Assembly (NCBI RefSeq): GCF_009914755.1
Contig: NC_060930.1
Direction: 5' to 3' (one strand)
DNA: 64,000 nucleotides
DNA from: the human T2T-CHM13v2.0 reference genome, Homo sapiens
A program made the translations under genes and the position numbers. A model generated the notes under the pieces. That model was not told the origin of the DNA. It saw nothing but the letters and a program-made list of their open reading frames with translations, and did no database searches. This document shows positions 27,201 to 40,910 of the stretch, piece after piece (positions within the stretch are counted from its first letter, which is position 1; every line of letters starts with the position of its first letter).

Positions 27201-29781
27201 ACTCCGCTGGCTCCCCCAGAGAGTGCACGGAGGCTTCCTCCTACATGGTAGAACTCAGGCAACACTCGAGCATCCGTTTACCATTGAAGGCGGCTGCATC
27301 AGTGGGAATTTCCATGGCTTTTCATCCCAGCATCGAAGCGTGTAGATGTCTGGCCACAGACTCCTTACCTTGTTCGGAAGGAGCCTCTAGGCTTGGAACC
27401 GGGGTAACAGTCGGAGGCGCGACGGCAGTCCCTTCTGCGTCTGAGCATTGCGTCAGGTTGCAGTACTCCCACCTGACACCGGGATCCCTCGTATAACAAT
27501 AAGGAGCTGCCACAGCATCTGGATTCCTGCAGTAGTTCATGATCAAGCCACTGGAAATTCCAAAACGATACACGTCACAAGAGGTGGGACAACATGCAGG
27601 GGCACCCCACACTCTCTCCTTTGTGCTGCAACAAGGTCATTACCGGTGCCTTTCTAATATTCCCATTAAAAGTACCATATGATTGCCACCAGCAAAAATG
27701 GCTCTCGATCACTAATCCTCTCTGCACATCTCTCATACTTAATAGATTATTACTATTTTTTTTAAATAAAAAATCTAAAGTAGCAAACGCTTCTTAGAAA
27801 CACTGAGATAACACACACACGTGGCCGAAAAACGATCAGAGTATTCTCCTTCTGCCTTCTGCCCAATCCATCTCTCTGGAATAACTGGTATGGGTTTTGA
27901 CGTCTGTATTGTGGGATTGTGTATTCACATGCAAATGCATCTGTATCTGTCTAGTCTCCGTATCTCTCTCGGTAGGACTTCATATTCTAATGTGGGAGTT
28001 GCAACGAACATGTAGTTCTTCAGAAAACGCACGTCATCCAGGAGGATAGCCGTTCCAGGTCAACCCTCACACTCTATGTACTCAATACGTAGTGAAAAGG
28101 CTCTACCTTTCCCACAGAAAAGCATTGTGCAAATAGTATTACTGTCTGTCAGGTTTAGTAGGTTTGTTTCTCCAAGACTTCTCAAAGCTGCCCTGGAAAA
28201 CTTGCTCCCAGGCAGGATGCAGTATCTCTAGAAGGGGTTCCTAGGCAGGTCCTTCTCTCCTGCTCTCAGTCTACCCTCTGCTGGCCGCAGCTACTCCGGG
28301 ACTGAGGGAAAGGGGGATGAGTTGAAAGAACAGTGGGACCCATGGCATAAAGGAAGACGGCAGGGTGGACTAAGAGATCTGAAGAGGTCGGACAGCTACG
28401 GAGCAGCAGAGAAAAATGCATTAGGGGGCAAAGCAGGCGAGTAGTTTGGGCTGCGGGGATCTTGAAGCATTCGCTCTTCCTTATGCCTCCCAAGAACGTT
28501 GCTCCAACCTCCCAGTATCCTCACATTCATGACCTCTGGCTGCCTGAGAAAATGGGAAATGTATTATGGGCCATGGGGTTCCAACACTGTCTCTCTAGAG
28601 ACTCTAGACTTGTGGCCTAGTCTCAACCCCAGACCCTCCATTCCAGGAAGCTGGTTCAATGAGCAACTGGATGTATAAGAGCCTGAGCTCTTGAAAGACT
28701 TCTAGTTCTTCCTTGGCTTCCCTCTTTTGAATGCATGGACTATTCTTATTATACCAAAAACCTCAGAGTTCAAACCTTTGTGATTGCTCTAGGATTTGCA
28801 ATATCCCTTCGAACCCGCACAGTACCCTTTTATTAATATGACACACCATCGTGCATGAGGTAAAGAAACTTACAACGGTACACTTCGAATTAATCCCTTC
28901 GTGATTTATGCTACCATTTCAAATTCTTACCTCTACATATGCTGAAGTTAAATATCTTGCTATCATTTTGTTTCAAGTAGTCAACTCTCATTTACAAAGA
29001 TATAGAAATTTGATCAAGAAAATATTTTGCATTTACATCTATCTACATTTGCCAATTGCTGGATTCTTCATTACGTGGGCTGCAGAAAGTTCCTTTCTTG
29101 TTCAATTCTTCTTCTACCTAATTCCTTCGGGTCACCTCTCTTGTTACATAAGCCTGCTGATTTCCAATTCTTACAGTTTCCGGTTTCTTTCTTTGGGGCA
29201 GTGCACAATATGCATTTATCCGACATGGATGACCTTCAAGGCATTTTATTGCTGGATTCAGCATTCCCGGTTGATCTCTTTTTGTTCCTGATTATCATTT
29301 TAACAATATTCCCTGGTATCTGGCTTCCAGTGTTTCTGAGGTGAACACATTGGCAATTTGTATCAGTGTACTTGTAGGAAGACACAGCTCTTTTTCCTCC
29401 AGTTTCTCGTGACAGGTTTCTTCTTATTACATCTTTGCCTTGTTACCTTCGAACTGTGATGTACAAAAGTACATCATACAGGTTGGGTTTTTTTTCCGAA
29501 ATTCCCTATATGATCCCTTGAGTTTCACGATTCTGTGATTTTTTTTAATGTTCTTCGTAATTGAAAAGTTATCAGCCATCCTTGATTCTGGTATTTGTTT
29601 CTATTATAAACTCCCTTGCTCTTTACTGTGACTTGCTTCCCACATGCAGGAAATCTTTTCATATTTTCCTACATGTCTGTGAGGCTCGCTTAATTTTATA
29701 TTTCACTGTTTCTTCAGGGGTGCGCGTGTCTGTGTGTGTTAGAACTTGTGAGTTTCTGCGTGTGAGTATGGGTGTGTTTTC

Positions 29782-29820
<39 letters not shown>

Positions 29821-32800
29821 CTCATTCTGTAGGTTCTCTAGAATTGTGTGTTGGGTAATGTTTTCCTCTGAAACGTCTAATTTGATCAGCCGGCCATACA
29901 GTAATTTTTTTCAATTAAGACATACTTTTTTTATACTAGCTCTTTAATTTAATTTGGCTATTCTGTACTGTTAATTTCTCTTGATATGATATCTGCTTTC
30001 TTGCATGTTGTTTTTTTAAATATTTGAAATCAGTTATCATACTGATATGTCAAATTTTCACGCAATTCTAATCATTTCTCTCATTCCTGAGCCTGTTTGT
30101 ATTACCCGATTTATTTCCTGGTCATGGGTCACACGAAACGCTTTTCTACATGTAGTCAGATTTTAAATTTAGGACTCACTCTGCGGATACCGCATAGCTG
30201 AGGCAATCGACTTTGTTGTTTACTTCTAAAGAGAGTTGAGATTTCCTCTCACAGGCACTTCATTGATTGGAAACCGATTTGATGCTTGGACACTTGCTTT
30301 CCAGCTGTGCAAGGGGTTGTCTGCAGCTGACTTTATTCTAGTAATATACTAAGTGTACCTTTAAATTACGGCTGTTCTGGGGTCTCCACTGAATTGGCAA
30401 TGTGCTCCGTGAGGACTCTCTGGTCTAGCTGGGAAGAACTCCAGTATCCCAGAGTGCTATGTGATCTCTCTCTTCTTTATTGAGCTTCCTGTGCTCTTGT
30501 ACTTGCTGTTTCTCAGTAAATGTTCTTTGCCACACTTTCTCGTGGAACCATTTCCTGTGCACAGGCAGCGTCATGTCAGGCCAACGACTGGAGGAGACTT
30601 CTATGCGTATTTGTAGAGCTCTTTTCCTCCACACAAACCAGTTCTTATTTCTAGCAGACCTAGAAAAATTTCAGCTACCACAGTCATCCCAAACTCCAAT
30701 CCCTCTCCTCCATTCAGCAAGATGGCTACAGTCTGCTTGGGCTCCATCTCCTTGCTATTCAGTGCAGGAAGGGTATCCAGGAAGAAAGCCAAGGCATCTG
30801 CGGAGTGGAGCCCATCATTGCCCCTCTCTCAATTCTCTAGGTCCTCTACCATCTGTTGTCCCACATGTAGAAACCATTTTTCCATGTCTCTGGTAGTCGC
30901 TTGTGGCCAAAATATTGGCCATTGGGTGGTCAGACCCGGGCTTCTCTCCATCCACCCATCCCTTTTACTTTTCAGCATCCCTCTCTGTGCTGACTCTCAT
31001 CTGCCTTCCTTCCTTGGATCTTCTCTTGCTGGGAACCTGTATCCCTTCAGGCCACTGGTACTTAGGAACGAGTGTTTTTCTGACAATCGGAATATACGTA
31101 GATATAGAAACAGATCAATTCACCTGTCCATAAATAAGCACCTATTCTTTCCTCTTGAACCCAGAGAGAAAAGGCAAACGCAACCTTCCCTTCAGGAAGT
31201 GGAAGCCAGAATAACGGAATTCCAACTGGAAAGTCTCCATTGACGTTTAGTTGGTGTTGTGGAAGGGTAATCTAAGTGTCTGGTCCTTTGTCATTCTGAC
31301 TTTCTTCATAATGTGATCTCCTCACCTCCAGATTTCCCTTCTGCTCAATAGAACTAGGAGGAAGGAGAGGGAGCTTAACATTTCCCTTCTCTCAGACCCT
31401 TAGCTCCAAGGCAATCATCCTGAGACATTTTGCTACGCCATCTGCATCTGTCACAAGTTGAGTTCGGAGAACTCAGCTTGAGACACATCTCTTGTAACAG
31501 AAACTTCACTTGGCCCTTTCTTCTCTTATGGTAAAGAACAAAGACATACGCATTTGGGTAGTATTCTGGGGTCCGACTATGCGAGTGTGGTGTCATAGAT
31601 GACCAAGCTTGGCAGGTTCTTCCTGTGACAGTGGTGGAGTATGTGCCTCGATAACTCTGTCCATTACCATGGTAGCACTCCTGCACCCCAGGCCTTTGCT
31701 CAGTCGGTGCTGAAATGAAAACACGGGAAATCAAGCTGAGTATCTCTGAGCATAGAGAAACATGTGAAGCCATTTGTGACACAACCAGAAAGGAGTCTAT
31801 GAGAATTACGACCGTTCTCTTTTCCTTATCCATAGGCAGATGGATGTGAGAAAACCGACCAACAAACAAACACCAAAGCAACAGATTCCTCCCATTCTAG
31901 AACTGTAGTAAGTTCTTGGAAATATTTCACCTGACACCTTAGAGAAACACAACAGATCAGATTCCTCATTGGAAAGTGAGCTCACGAGGTAGCACCTTTC
32001 TAGGAAACTCTACTGAATCTTCATGCAAACGGCACCGCATTTGGCAATGCGGGCTGCAGGTGGTAATTGGCTGTCGGGGGCAGAGTTTGGGACAGACATG
32101 GAAATTTTGCATGTTTCCCTAGACCGTTGATCATGAAAGCCAAAGCCTTTGGCTTCCGGGCCATGGGGCAGAAAACGGTCCTATGTATCTGACTGAAGAC
32201 AAAGACACTTTGCTTCTCAGGGATGTGTGCACGCCAAAAGCTTCTTCCCTTGGAGGAGAGAGGGAATCCTCTCATGCCCTGCATCCTGAATTGTAGTAAA
32301 GTAGGAGTCTACTACTCTTTCTCTCTAGACCCCTCACAGGTACAAGTGTCATCAGAAAGAGGTTTAAGAATACTGAGAAATCACTCCCTTCAAAGCCTAG
32401 GGCTGAAGAGCCTTAGAGCACTGGGAGCTCATGTACTGCTCCATAGACCCAGGGCCACATGGAATCAATGCAGCCCTCTTAGGTTTCTCGAGGGTGACAG
32501 GCTCCAGAGCCACATTTCTCAGAATCTGCAATGCTGAAGATTGCTCTGAATGCTGGCTACTTGAAGAAATCCCCGGAAAAGCTTACTGGCTTGGAAAGAG
32601 TGACACACCTGACAGCATGTTACAATAAAAATTTTGGCTGGGACACTGAGGTAGCCCGTTTTACAACAAGGTGAATTTTGAAGTCGATCCCCCTGGAGGG
32701 TTTGTGCCCATCCTAAAGACAAAGCCCAACCACGTTGCACCAGAAATCACTCCGCTGGCTCCCCCAGAGAGTGCACGGAGGCTTCCTCCTACATGGTAGA

Positions 32801-35333
32801 ACTCAGGCAACACTCGAGCATCCGTTTACCATTGAAGGCGGCTGCATCAGTGGGAATTTCCATGGCTTTTCATCCCAGCATCGAAGCGTGTAGATGTCTG
32901 GCCACAGACTCCTTACCTTGTTCGGAAGGAGCCTCTAGGCTTGGAACCGGGGTAACAGTCGGAGGCGCGACGGCAGTCCCTTCTGCGTCTGAGCATTGCG
33001 TCAGGTTGCAGTACTCCCACCTGACACCGGGATCCCTCGTATAACAATAAGGAGCTGCCACAGCATCTGGATTCCTGCAGTAGTTCATGATCAAGCCACT
33101 GGAAATTCCAAAACGATACACGTCACAAGAGGTGGGACAACATGCAGGGGCACCCCACACTCTCTCCTTTGTGCTGCAACAAGGTCATTACCGGTGCCTT
33201 TCTAATATTCCCATTAAAAGTACCATATGATTGCCACCAGCAAAAATGGCTCTCGATCACTAATCCTCTCTGCACATCTCTCATACTTAATAGATTATTA
33301 CTATTTTTTTTAAATAAAAAATCTAAAGTAGCAAACGCTTCTTAGAAACACTGAGATAACACACACACGTGGCCGAAAAACGATCAGAGTATTCTCCTTC
33401 TGCCTTCTGCCCAATCCATCTCTCTGGAATAACTGGTATGGGTTTTGACGTCTGTATTGTGGGATTGTGTATTCACATGCAAATGCATCTGTATCTGTCT
33501 AGTCTCCGTATCTCTCTCGGTAGGACTTCATATTCTAATGTGGGAGTTGCAACGAACATGTAGTTCTTCAGAAAACACACGTCATCCAGGAGGATAGCCG
33601 TTCCAGGTCAACCCTCACACTCTATGTACTCAATACGTAGTGAAAAGGCTCTACCTTTCCCACAGAAAAGCATTGTGCAAATAGTATTACTGTCTGTCAG
33701 GTTTAGTAGGTTTGTTTCTCCAAGACTTCTCAAAGCTGCCCTGGAAAACTTGCTCCCAGGCAGGATGCAGTATCTCTAGAAGGGGTTCCTAGGCAGGTCC
33801 TTCTCTCCTGCTCTCAGTCTACCCTCTGCTGGCCGCAGCTACTCCGGGACTGAGGGTAAGGGGGATGAGTTGAAAGAACAGTGGGACCCATGGCATAAAG
33901 GAAGACGGCAGGGTGGACTAAGAGATCTGAAGAGGTCGGACAGCTACGGAGCAGCAGAGAAAAATGCATTAGGGGGCAAAGCAGGCGAGTAGTTTGGGCT
34001 GCGGGGATCTTGAAGCATTCGCTCTTCCTTATGCCTCCCAAGAACGTTGCTCCAACCTCCCAGTATCCTCACATTCATGACCTCTGGCTGCCTGAGAAAA
34101 TGGGAAATGTATTATGGGCCATGGGGTTCCAACACTGTCTCTCTAGAGACTCTAGACTTGTGGCCTAGTCTCAACCCCAGACCCTCCATTCCAGGAAGCT
34201 GGTTCAATGAGCAACTGGATGTATAAGAGCCTGAGCTCTTGAAAGACTTCTAGTTCTTCCTTGGCTTCCCTCTTTTGAATGCATGGACTATTCTTATTAT
34301 ACCAAAAACCTCAGAGTTCAAACCTTTGTGATTGCTCTAGGATTTGCAATATCCCTTCGAACCCGCACAGTACCCTTTTATTAATATGACACACCATCGT
34401 GCATGAGGTAAAGAAACTTACAACGGTACACTTCGAATTAATCCCTTCGTGATTTATGCTACCATTTCAAATTCTTACCTCTACATATGCTGAAGTTAAA
34501 TATCTTGCTATCATTTTGTTTCAAGTAGTCAACTCTCATTTACAAAGATATAGAAATTTGATCAAGAAAATATTTTGCATTTACATCTATCTACATTTGC
34601 CAATTGCTGGATTCTTCATTACGTGGGCTGCAGAAAGTTCCTTTCTTGTTCAATTCTTCTTCTACCTAATTCCTTCGGGTCACCTCTCTTGTTACATAAG
34701 CCTGCTGATTTCCAATTCTTACAGTTTCCGGTTTCTTTCTTTGGGGCAGTGCACAATATGCATTTATCCGACATGGATGATCTTCAAGGCATTTTATTGC
34801 TGGATTCAGCATTCCCGGTTGATCTCTTTTTGTTCCTGATTATCATTTTAACAATATTCCCTGGTATCTGGCTTCCAGTGTTTCTGAGGTGAACACATTG
34901 GCAATTTGTATCAGTGTACTTGTAGGAAGACACAGCTCTTTTTCCTCCAGTTTCTCGTGACAGGTTTCTTCTTATTATATCTTTGCCTTGTTACCTTCGA
35001 ACTGTGATGTACAAAAGTACATCATACAGGTTGGGTTTTTTTTCCGAAATTCCCTATGTGATCCCTTGAGTTTCACGATTCTGTGATTTTTTTTAATGTT
35101 CTTCGTAATTGAAAAGTTATCAGCCATCCTTGATTCTGGTATTTGTTTCTATTCCAAACTCCCTTGCTCTTTACTGTGACTTGCTTCCCACATGCAGGAA
35201 ATCTTTTCATATTTTCCTACATGTCTGTGAGGCTCGCTTAATTTTATATTTCACTGTTTCTTCAGGGGTGCGCGTGTCTGTGTGTGTTAGAACTTGTGAG
35301 TTTCTGCGTGTGTGTGAGTATGGGTGTGTTTTC

Positions 35334-35364
<31 letters not shown>

Positions 35365-38300
35365 AGCTCATTCTGTAGGTTCTCTAGAATTGTGTGTTGG
35401 GTAATGTTTTCCTCTGAAACGTCTAAATTGATCAGCCGGCCATACAGTAATTTTTTTCAATTAAGACATACTTTTTTTATACTAGCTCTTTAATTTAATT
35501 TGGCTATTCTGTACTGTTAATTTCTCTTGATATGATATCTGCTTTCTTGCATGTTGTTTTTTTAAATATTTGAAATCAGTTATCATACTGATATGTCAAA
35601 TTTTCACGCAATTCTAATCATTTCTCTCATTCCTGAGCCTGTTTGTATTACCCGATTTATTTCCTGGTCATGGGTCACACGAAACGCTTTTCTACATGTA
35701 GTCAGATTTTAAATTTAGGACTCACTCTGCGGATACCGCATAGCTGAGGCAATCGACTTTGTTGTTTACTTCTAAAGAGAGTTGAGATTTCCTCTCACAG
35801 GCACTTCATTGATTGGAAACCGATTTGATGCTTGGACACTTGCTTTCCAGCTGTGCAAGGGGTTGTCTGCAGCTGACTTTATTCTAGTAATATACTAAGT
35901 GTACCTTTAAATTACGGCTGTTCTGGGGTCTCCACTGAATTGGCAATGTGCTCCGTGAGGACTCTCTGGTCTAGCTGGGAAGAACTCCAGTATCCCAGAG
36001 TGCTATGTGATCTCTCTCTTCTTTATTGAGCTTCCTGTGCTCTTGTACTTGCTGTTTCTCAGTAAATGTTCTTTGCCACACTTTCTCGTGGAACCATTTC
36101 CTGTGCACAGGCAGCGTCATGTCAGGCCAACGACTGGAGGAGACTTCTATGCGTATTTGTAGAGCTCTTTTCCTCCACACAAACCAGTTCTTATTTCTAG
36201 CAGACCTAGAAAAATTTCAGCTACCACAGTCATCCCAAACTCCAATCCCTCTCCTCCATTCAGCAAGATGGCTACAGTCTGCTTGGGCTCCATCTCCTTG
36301 CTATTCAGTGCAGGAAGGGTATCCAGGAAGAAAGCCAAGGCATCTGCGGAGTGGAGCCCATCATTGCCCCTCTCTCAATTCTCTAGGTCCTCTACCATCT
36401 GTTGTCCCACATGTAGAAACCATTTTTCCATGTCTCTGGTAGTCGCTTGTGGCCAAAATATTGGCCATTGGGTGGTCAGACCCGGGCTTCTCTCCATCCA
36501 CCCATCCCTTTTACTTTTCAGCATCCCTCTCTGTGCTGACTCTCATCTGCCTTCCTTCCTTGGATCTTCTCTTGCTGGGAACCTGTATCCCTTCAGGCCA
36601 CTGGTACTTAGGAACGAGTGTTTTTCTGACAATCGGAATATACGTAGATATAGAAACAGATCAATTCACCTGTCCATAAATAAGCACCTATTCTTTCCTC
36701 TTGAACCCAGAGAGAAAAGGCAAACGCAACCTTCCCTTCAGGAAGTGGAAGCCAGAATAACGGAATTCCAACTGGAAAGTCTCCATTGACGTTTAGTTGG
36801 TGTTGTGGAAGGGTAATCTAAGTGTCTGGTCCTTTGTCATTCTGACTTTCTTCATAATGTGATCTCCTCACCTCCAGATTTCCCTTCTGCTCAATAGAAC
36901 TAGGAGGAAGGAGAGGGAGCTTAACATTTCCCTTCTCTCAGACCCTTAGCTCCAAGGCAATCATCCTGAGACATTTTGCTACGCCATCTGCATCTGTCAC
37001 AAGTTGAGTTCGGAGAACTCAGCTTGAGACACATCTCTTGTAACAGAAACTTCACTTGGCCCTTTCTTCTCTTATGGTAAAGAACAAAGACATACGCATT
37101 TGGGTAGTATTCTGGGGTCCGACTATGCGAGTGTGGTGTCATAGATGACCAAGCTTGGCAGGTTCTTCCTGTGACAGTGGTGGAGTATGTGCCTCGATAA
37201 CTCTGTCCATTACCATGGTAGCACTCCTGCACCCCAGGCCTTTGCTCAGTCGGTGCTGAAATGAAAACACGGGAAATCAAGCTGAGTATCTCTGAGCATA
37301 GAGAAACATGTGAAGCCATTTGTGACACAACCAGAAAGGAGTCTATGAGAATTACGACCGTTCTCTTTTCCTTATCCATAGGCAGATGGATGTGAGAAAA
37401 CCGACCAACAAACAAACACCAAAGCAACAGATTCCTCCCATTCTAGAACTGTAGTAAGTTCTTGGAAATATTTCACCTGACACCTTAGAGAAACACAACA
37501 GATCAGATTCCTCATTGGAAAGTGAGCTCACGAGGTAGCACCTTTCTAGGAAACTCTACTGAATCTTCATGCAAACGGCACCGCATTTGGCAATGCGGGC
37601 TGCAGGTGGTAATTGGCTGTCGGGGGCAGAGTTTGGGACAGACATGGAAATTTTGCATGTTTCCCTAGACCGTTGATCATGAAAGCCAAGGCCTTTGGCT
37701 TCCGGGCCATGGGGCAGAAAACGGTCCTATGTATCTGACTGAAGACAAAGACACTTTGCTTCTCAGGGATGTGTGCACGCCAAAAGCTTCTTCCCTTGGA
37801 GGAGAGAGGGAATCCTCTCATGCCCTGCATCCTGAATTGTAGTAAAGTAGGAGTCTACTACTCTTTCTCTCTAGACCCCTCACAGGTACAAGTGTCATCA
37901 GAAAGAGGTTTAAGAATACTGAGAAATCACTCCCTTCAAAGCCTAGGGCTGAAGAGCCTTAGAGCACTGGGAGCTCATGTACTGCTCCATAGACCCAGGG
38001 CCACATGGAATCAATGCAGCCCTCTTAGGTTTCTCGAGGGTGACAGGCTCCAGAGCCACATTTCTCAGAATCTGCAATGCTGAAGATTGCTCTGAATGCT
38101 GGCTACTTGAAGAAATCCCCGGAAAAGCTTACTGGCTTGGAAAGAGTGACACACCTGACAGCATGTTACAATAAAAATTTTGGCTGGGACACTGAGGTAG
38201 CCCGTTTTACAACAAGGTGAATTTTGAAGTCGATCCCCCTGGAGGGTTTGTGCCCATCCTAAAGACAAAGCCCAACCACGTTGCACCAGAAATCACTCCG

Positions 38301-40879
38301 CTGGCTCCCCCAGAGAGTGCACGGAGGCTTCCTCCTACATGGTAGAACTCAGGCAACACTCGAGCATCCGTTTACCATTGAAGGCGGCTGCATCAGTGGG
38401 AATTTCCATGGCTTTTCATCCCAGCATCGAAGCGTGTAGATGTCTGGCCACAGACTCCTTACCTTGTTCGGAAGGAGCCTCTAGGCTTGGAACCGGGGTA
38501 ACAGTCGGAGGCGCGACGGCAGTCCCTTCTGCGTCTGAGCATTGCGTCAGGTTGCAGTACTCCCACCTGACACCGGGATCCCTCGTATAACAATAAGGAG
38601 CTGCCACAGCATCTGGATTCCTGCAGTAGTTCATGATCAAGCCACTGGAAATTCCAAAACGATACACGTCACAAGAGGTGGGACAACATGCAGGGGCACC
38701 CCACACTCTCTCCTTTGTGCTGCAACAAGGTCATTACCGGTGCCTTTCTAATATTCCCATTAAAAGTACCATATGATTGCCACCAGCAAAAATGGCTCTC
38801 GATCACTAATCCTCTCTGCACATCTCTCATACTTAATAGATTATTACTATTTTTTTTAAATAAAAAATCTAAAGTAGCAAACGCTTCTTAGAAACACTGA
38901 GATAACACACACACGTGGCCGAAAAACGATCAGAGTATTCTCCTTCTGCCTTCTGCCCAATCCATCTCTCTGGAATAACTGGTATGGGTTTTGACGTCTG
39001 TATTGTGGGATTGTGTATTCACATGCAAATGCATCTGTATCTGTCTAGTCTCCGTATCTCTCTCGGTAGGACTTCATATTCTAATGTGGGAGTTGCAACG
39101 AACATGTAGTTCTTCAGAAAACACACGTCATCCAGGAGGATAGCCGTTCCAGGTCAACCCTCACACTCTATGTACTCAATACGTAGTGAAAAGGCTCTAC
39201 CTTTCCCACAGAAAAGCATTGTGCAAATAGTATTACTGTCTGTCAGGTTTAGTAGGTTTGTTTCTCCAAGACTTCTCAAAGCTGCCCTGGAAAACTTGCT
39301 CCCAGGCAGGATGCAGTATCTCTAGAAGGGGTTCCTAGGCAGGTCCTTCTCTCCTGCTCTCAGTCTACCCTCTGCTGGCCGCAGCTACTCCGGGACTGAG
39401 GGTAAGGGGGATGAGTTGAAAGAACAGTGGGACCCATGGCATAAAGGAAGACGGCAGGGTGGACTAAGAGATCTGAAGAGGTCGGACAGCTACGGAGCAG
39501 CAGAGAAAAATGCATTAGGGGGCAAAGCAGGCGAGTAGTTTGGGCTGCGGGGATCTTGAAGCATTCGCTCTTCCTTATGCCTCCCAAGAACGTTGCTCCA
39601 ACCTCCCAGTATCCTCACATTCATGACCTCTGGCTGCCTGAGAAAATGGGAAATGTATTATGGGCCATGGGGTTCCAACACTGTCTCTCTAGAGACTCTA
39701 GACTTGTGGCCTAGTCTCAACCCCAGACCCTCCATTCCAGGAAGCTGGTTCAATGAGCAACTGGATGTATAAGAGCCTGAGCTCTTGAAAGACTTCTAGT
39801 TCTTCCTTGGCTTCCCTCTTTTGAATGCATGGACTATTCTTATTATACCAAAAACCTCAGAGTTCAAACCTTTGTGATTGCTCTAGGATTTGCAATATCC
39901 CTTCGAACCCGCACAGTACCCTTTTATTAATATGACACACCATCGTGCATGAGGTAAAGAAACTTACAACGGTACACTTCGAATTAATCCCTTCGTGATT
40001 TATGCTACCATTTCAAATTCTTACCTCTACATATGCTGAAGTTAAATATCTTGCTATCATTTTGTTTCAAGTAGTCAACTCTCATTTACAAAGATATAGA
40101 AATTTGATCAAGAAAATATTTTGCATTTACATCTATCTACATTTGCCAATTGCTGGATTCTTCATTACGTGGGCTGCAGAAAGTTCCTTTCTTGTTCAAT
40201 TCTTCTTCTACCTAATTCCTTCGGGTCACCTCTCTTGTTACATAAGCCTGCTGATTTCCAATTCTTACAGTTTCCGGTTTCTTTCTTTGGGGCAGTGCAC
40301 AATATGCATTTATCCGACATGGATGATCTTCAAGGCATTTTATTGCTGGATTCAGCATTCCCGGTTGATCTCTTTTTGTTCCTGATTATCATTTTAACAA
40401 TATTCCCTGGTATCTGGCTTCCAGTGTTTCTGAGGTGAACACATTGGCAATTTGTATCAGTGTACTTGTAGGAAGACACAGCTCTTTTTCCTCCAGTTTC
40501 TCGTGACAGGTTTCTTCTTATTATATCTTTGCCTTGTTACCTTCGAACTGTGATGTACAAAAGTACATCATACAGGTTGGGTTTTTTTTCCGAAATTCCC
40601 TATGTGATCCCTTGAGTTTCACGATTCTGTGATTTTTTTTAATGTTCTTCGTAATTGAAAAGTTATCAGCCATCCTTGATTCTGGTATTTGTTTCTATTC
40701 CAAACTCCCTTGCTCTTTACTGTGACTTGCTTCCCACATGCAGGAAATCTTTTCATATTTTCCTACATGTCTGTGAGGCTCGCTTAATTTTATATTTCAC
40801 TGTTTCTTCAGGGGTGCGCGTGTCTGTGTGTGTTAGAACTTGTGAGTTTCTGCGTGTGTGTGAGTATGGGTGTGTTTTC

Positions 40880-40910
<31 letters not shown>

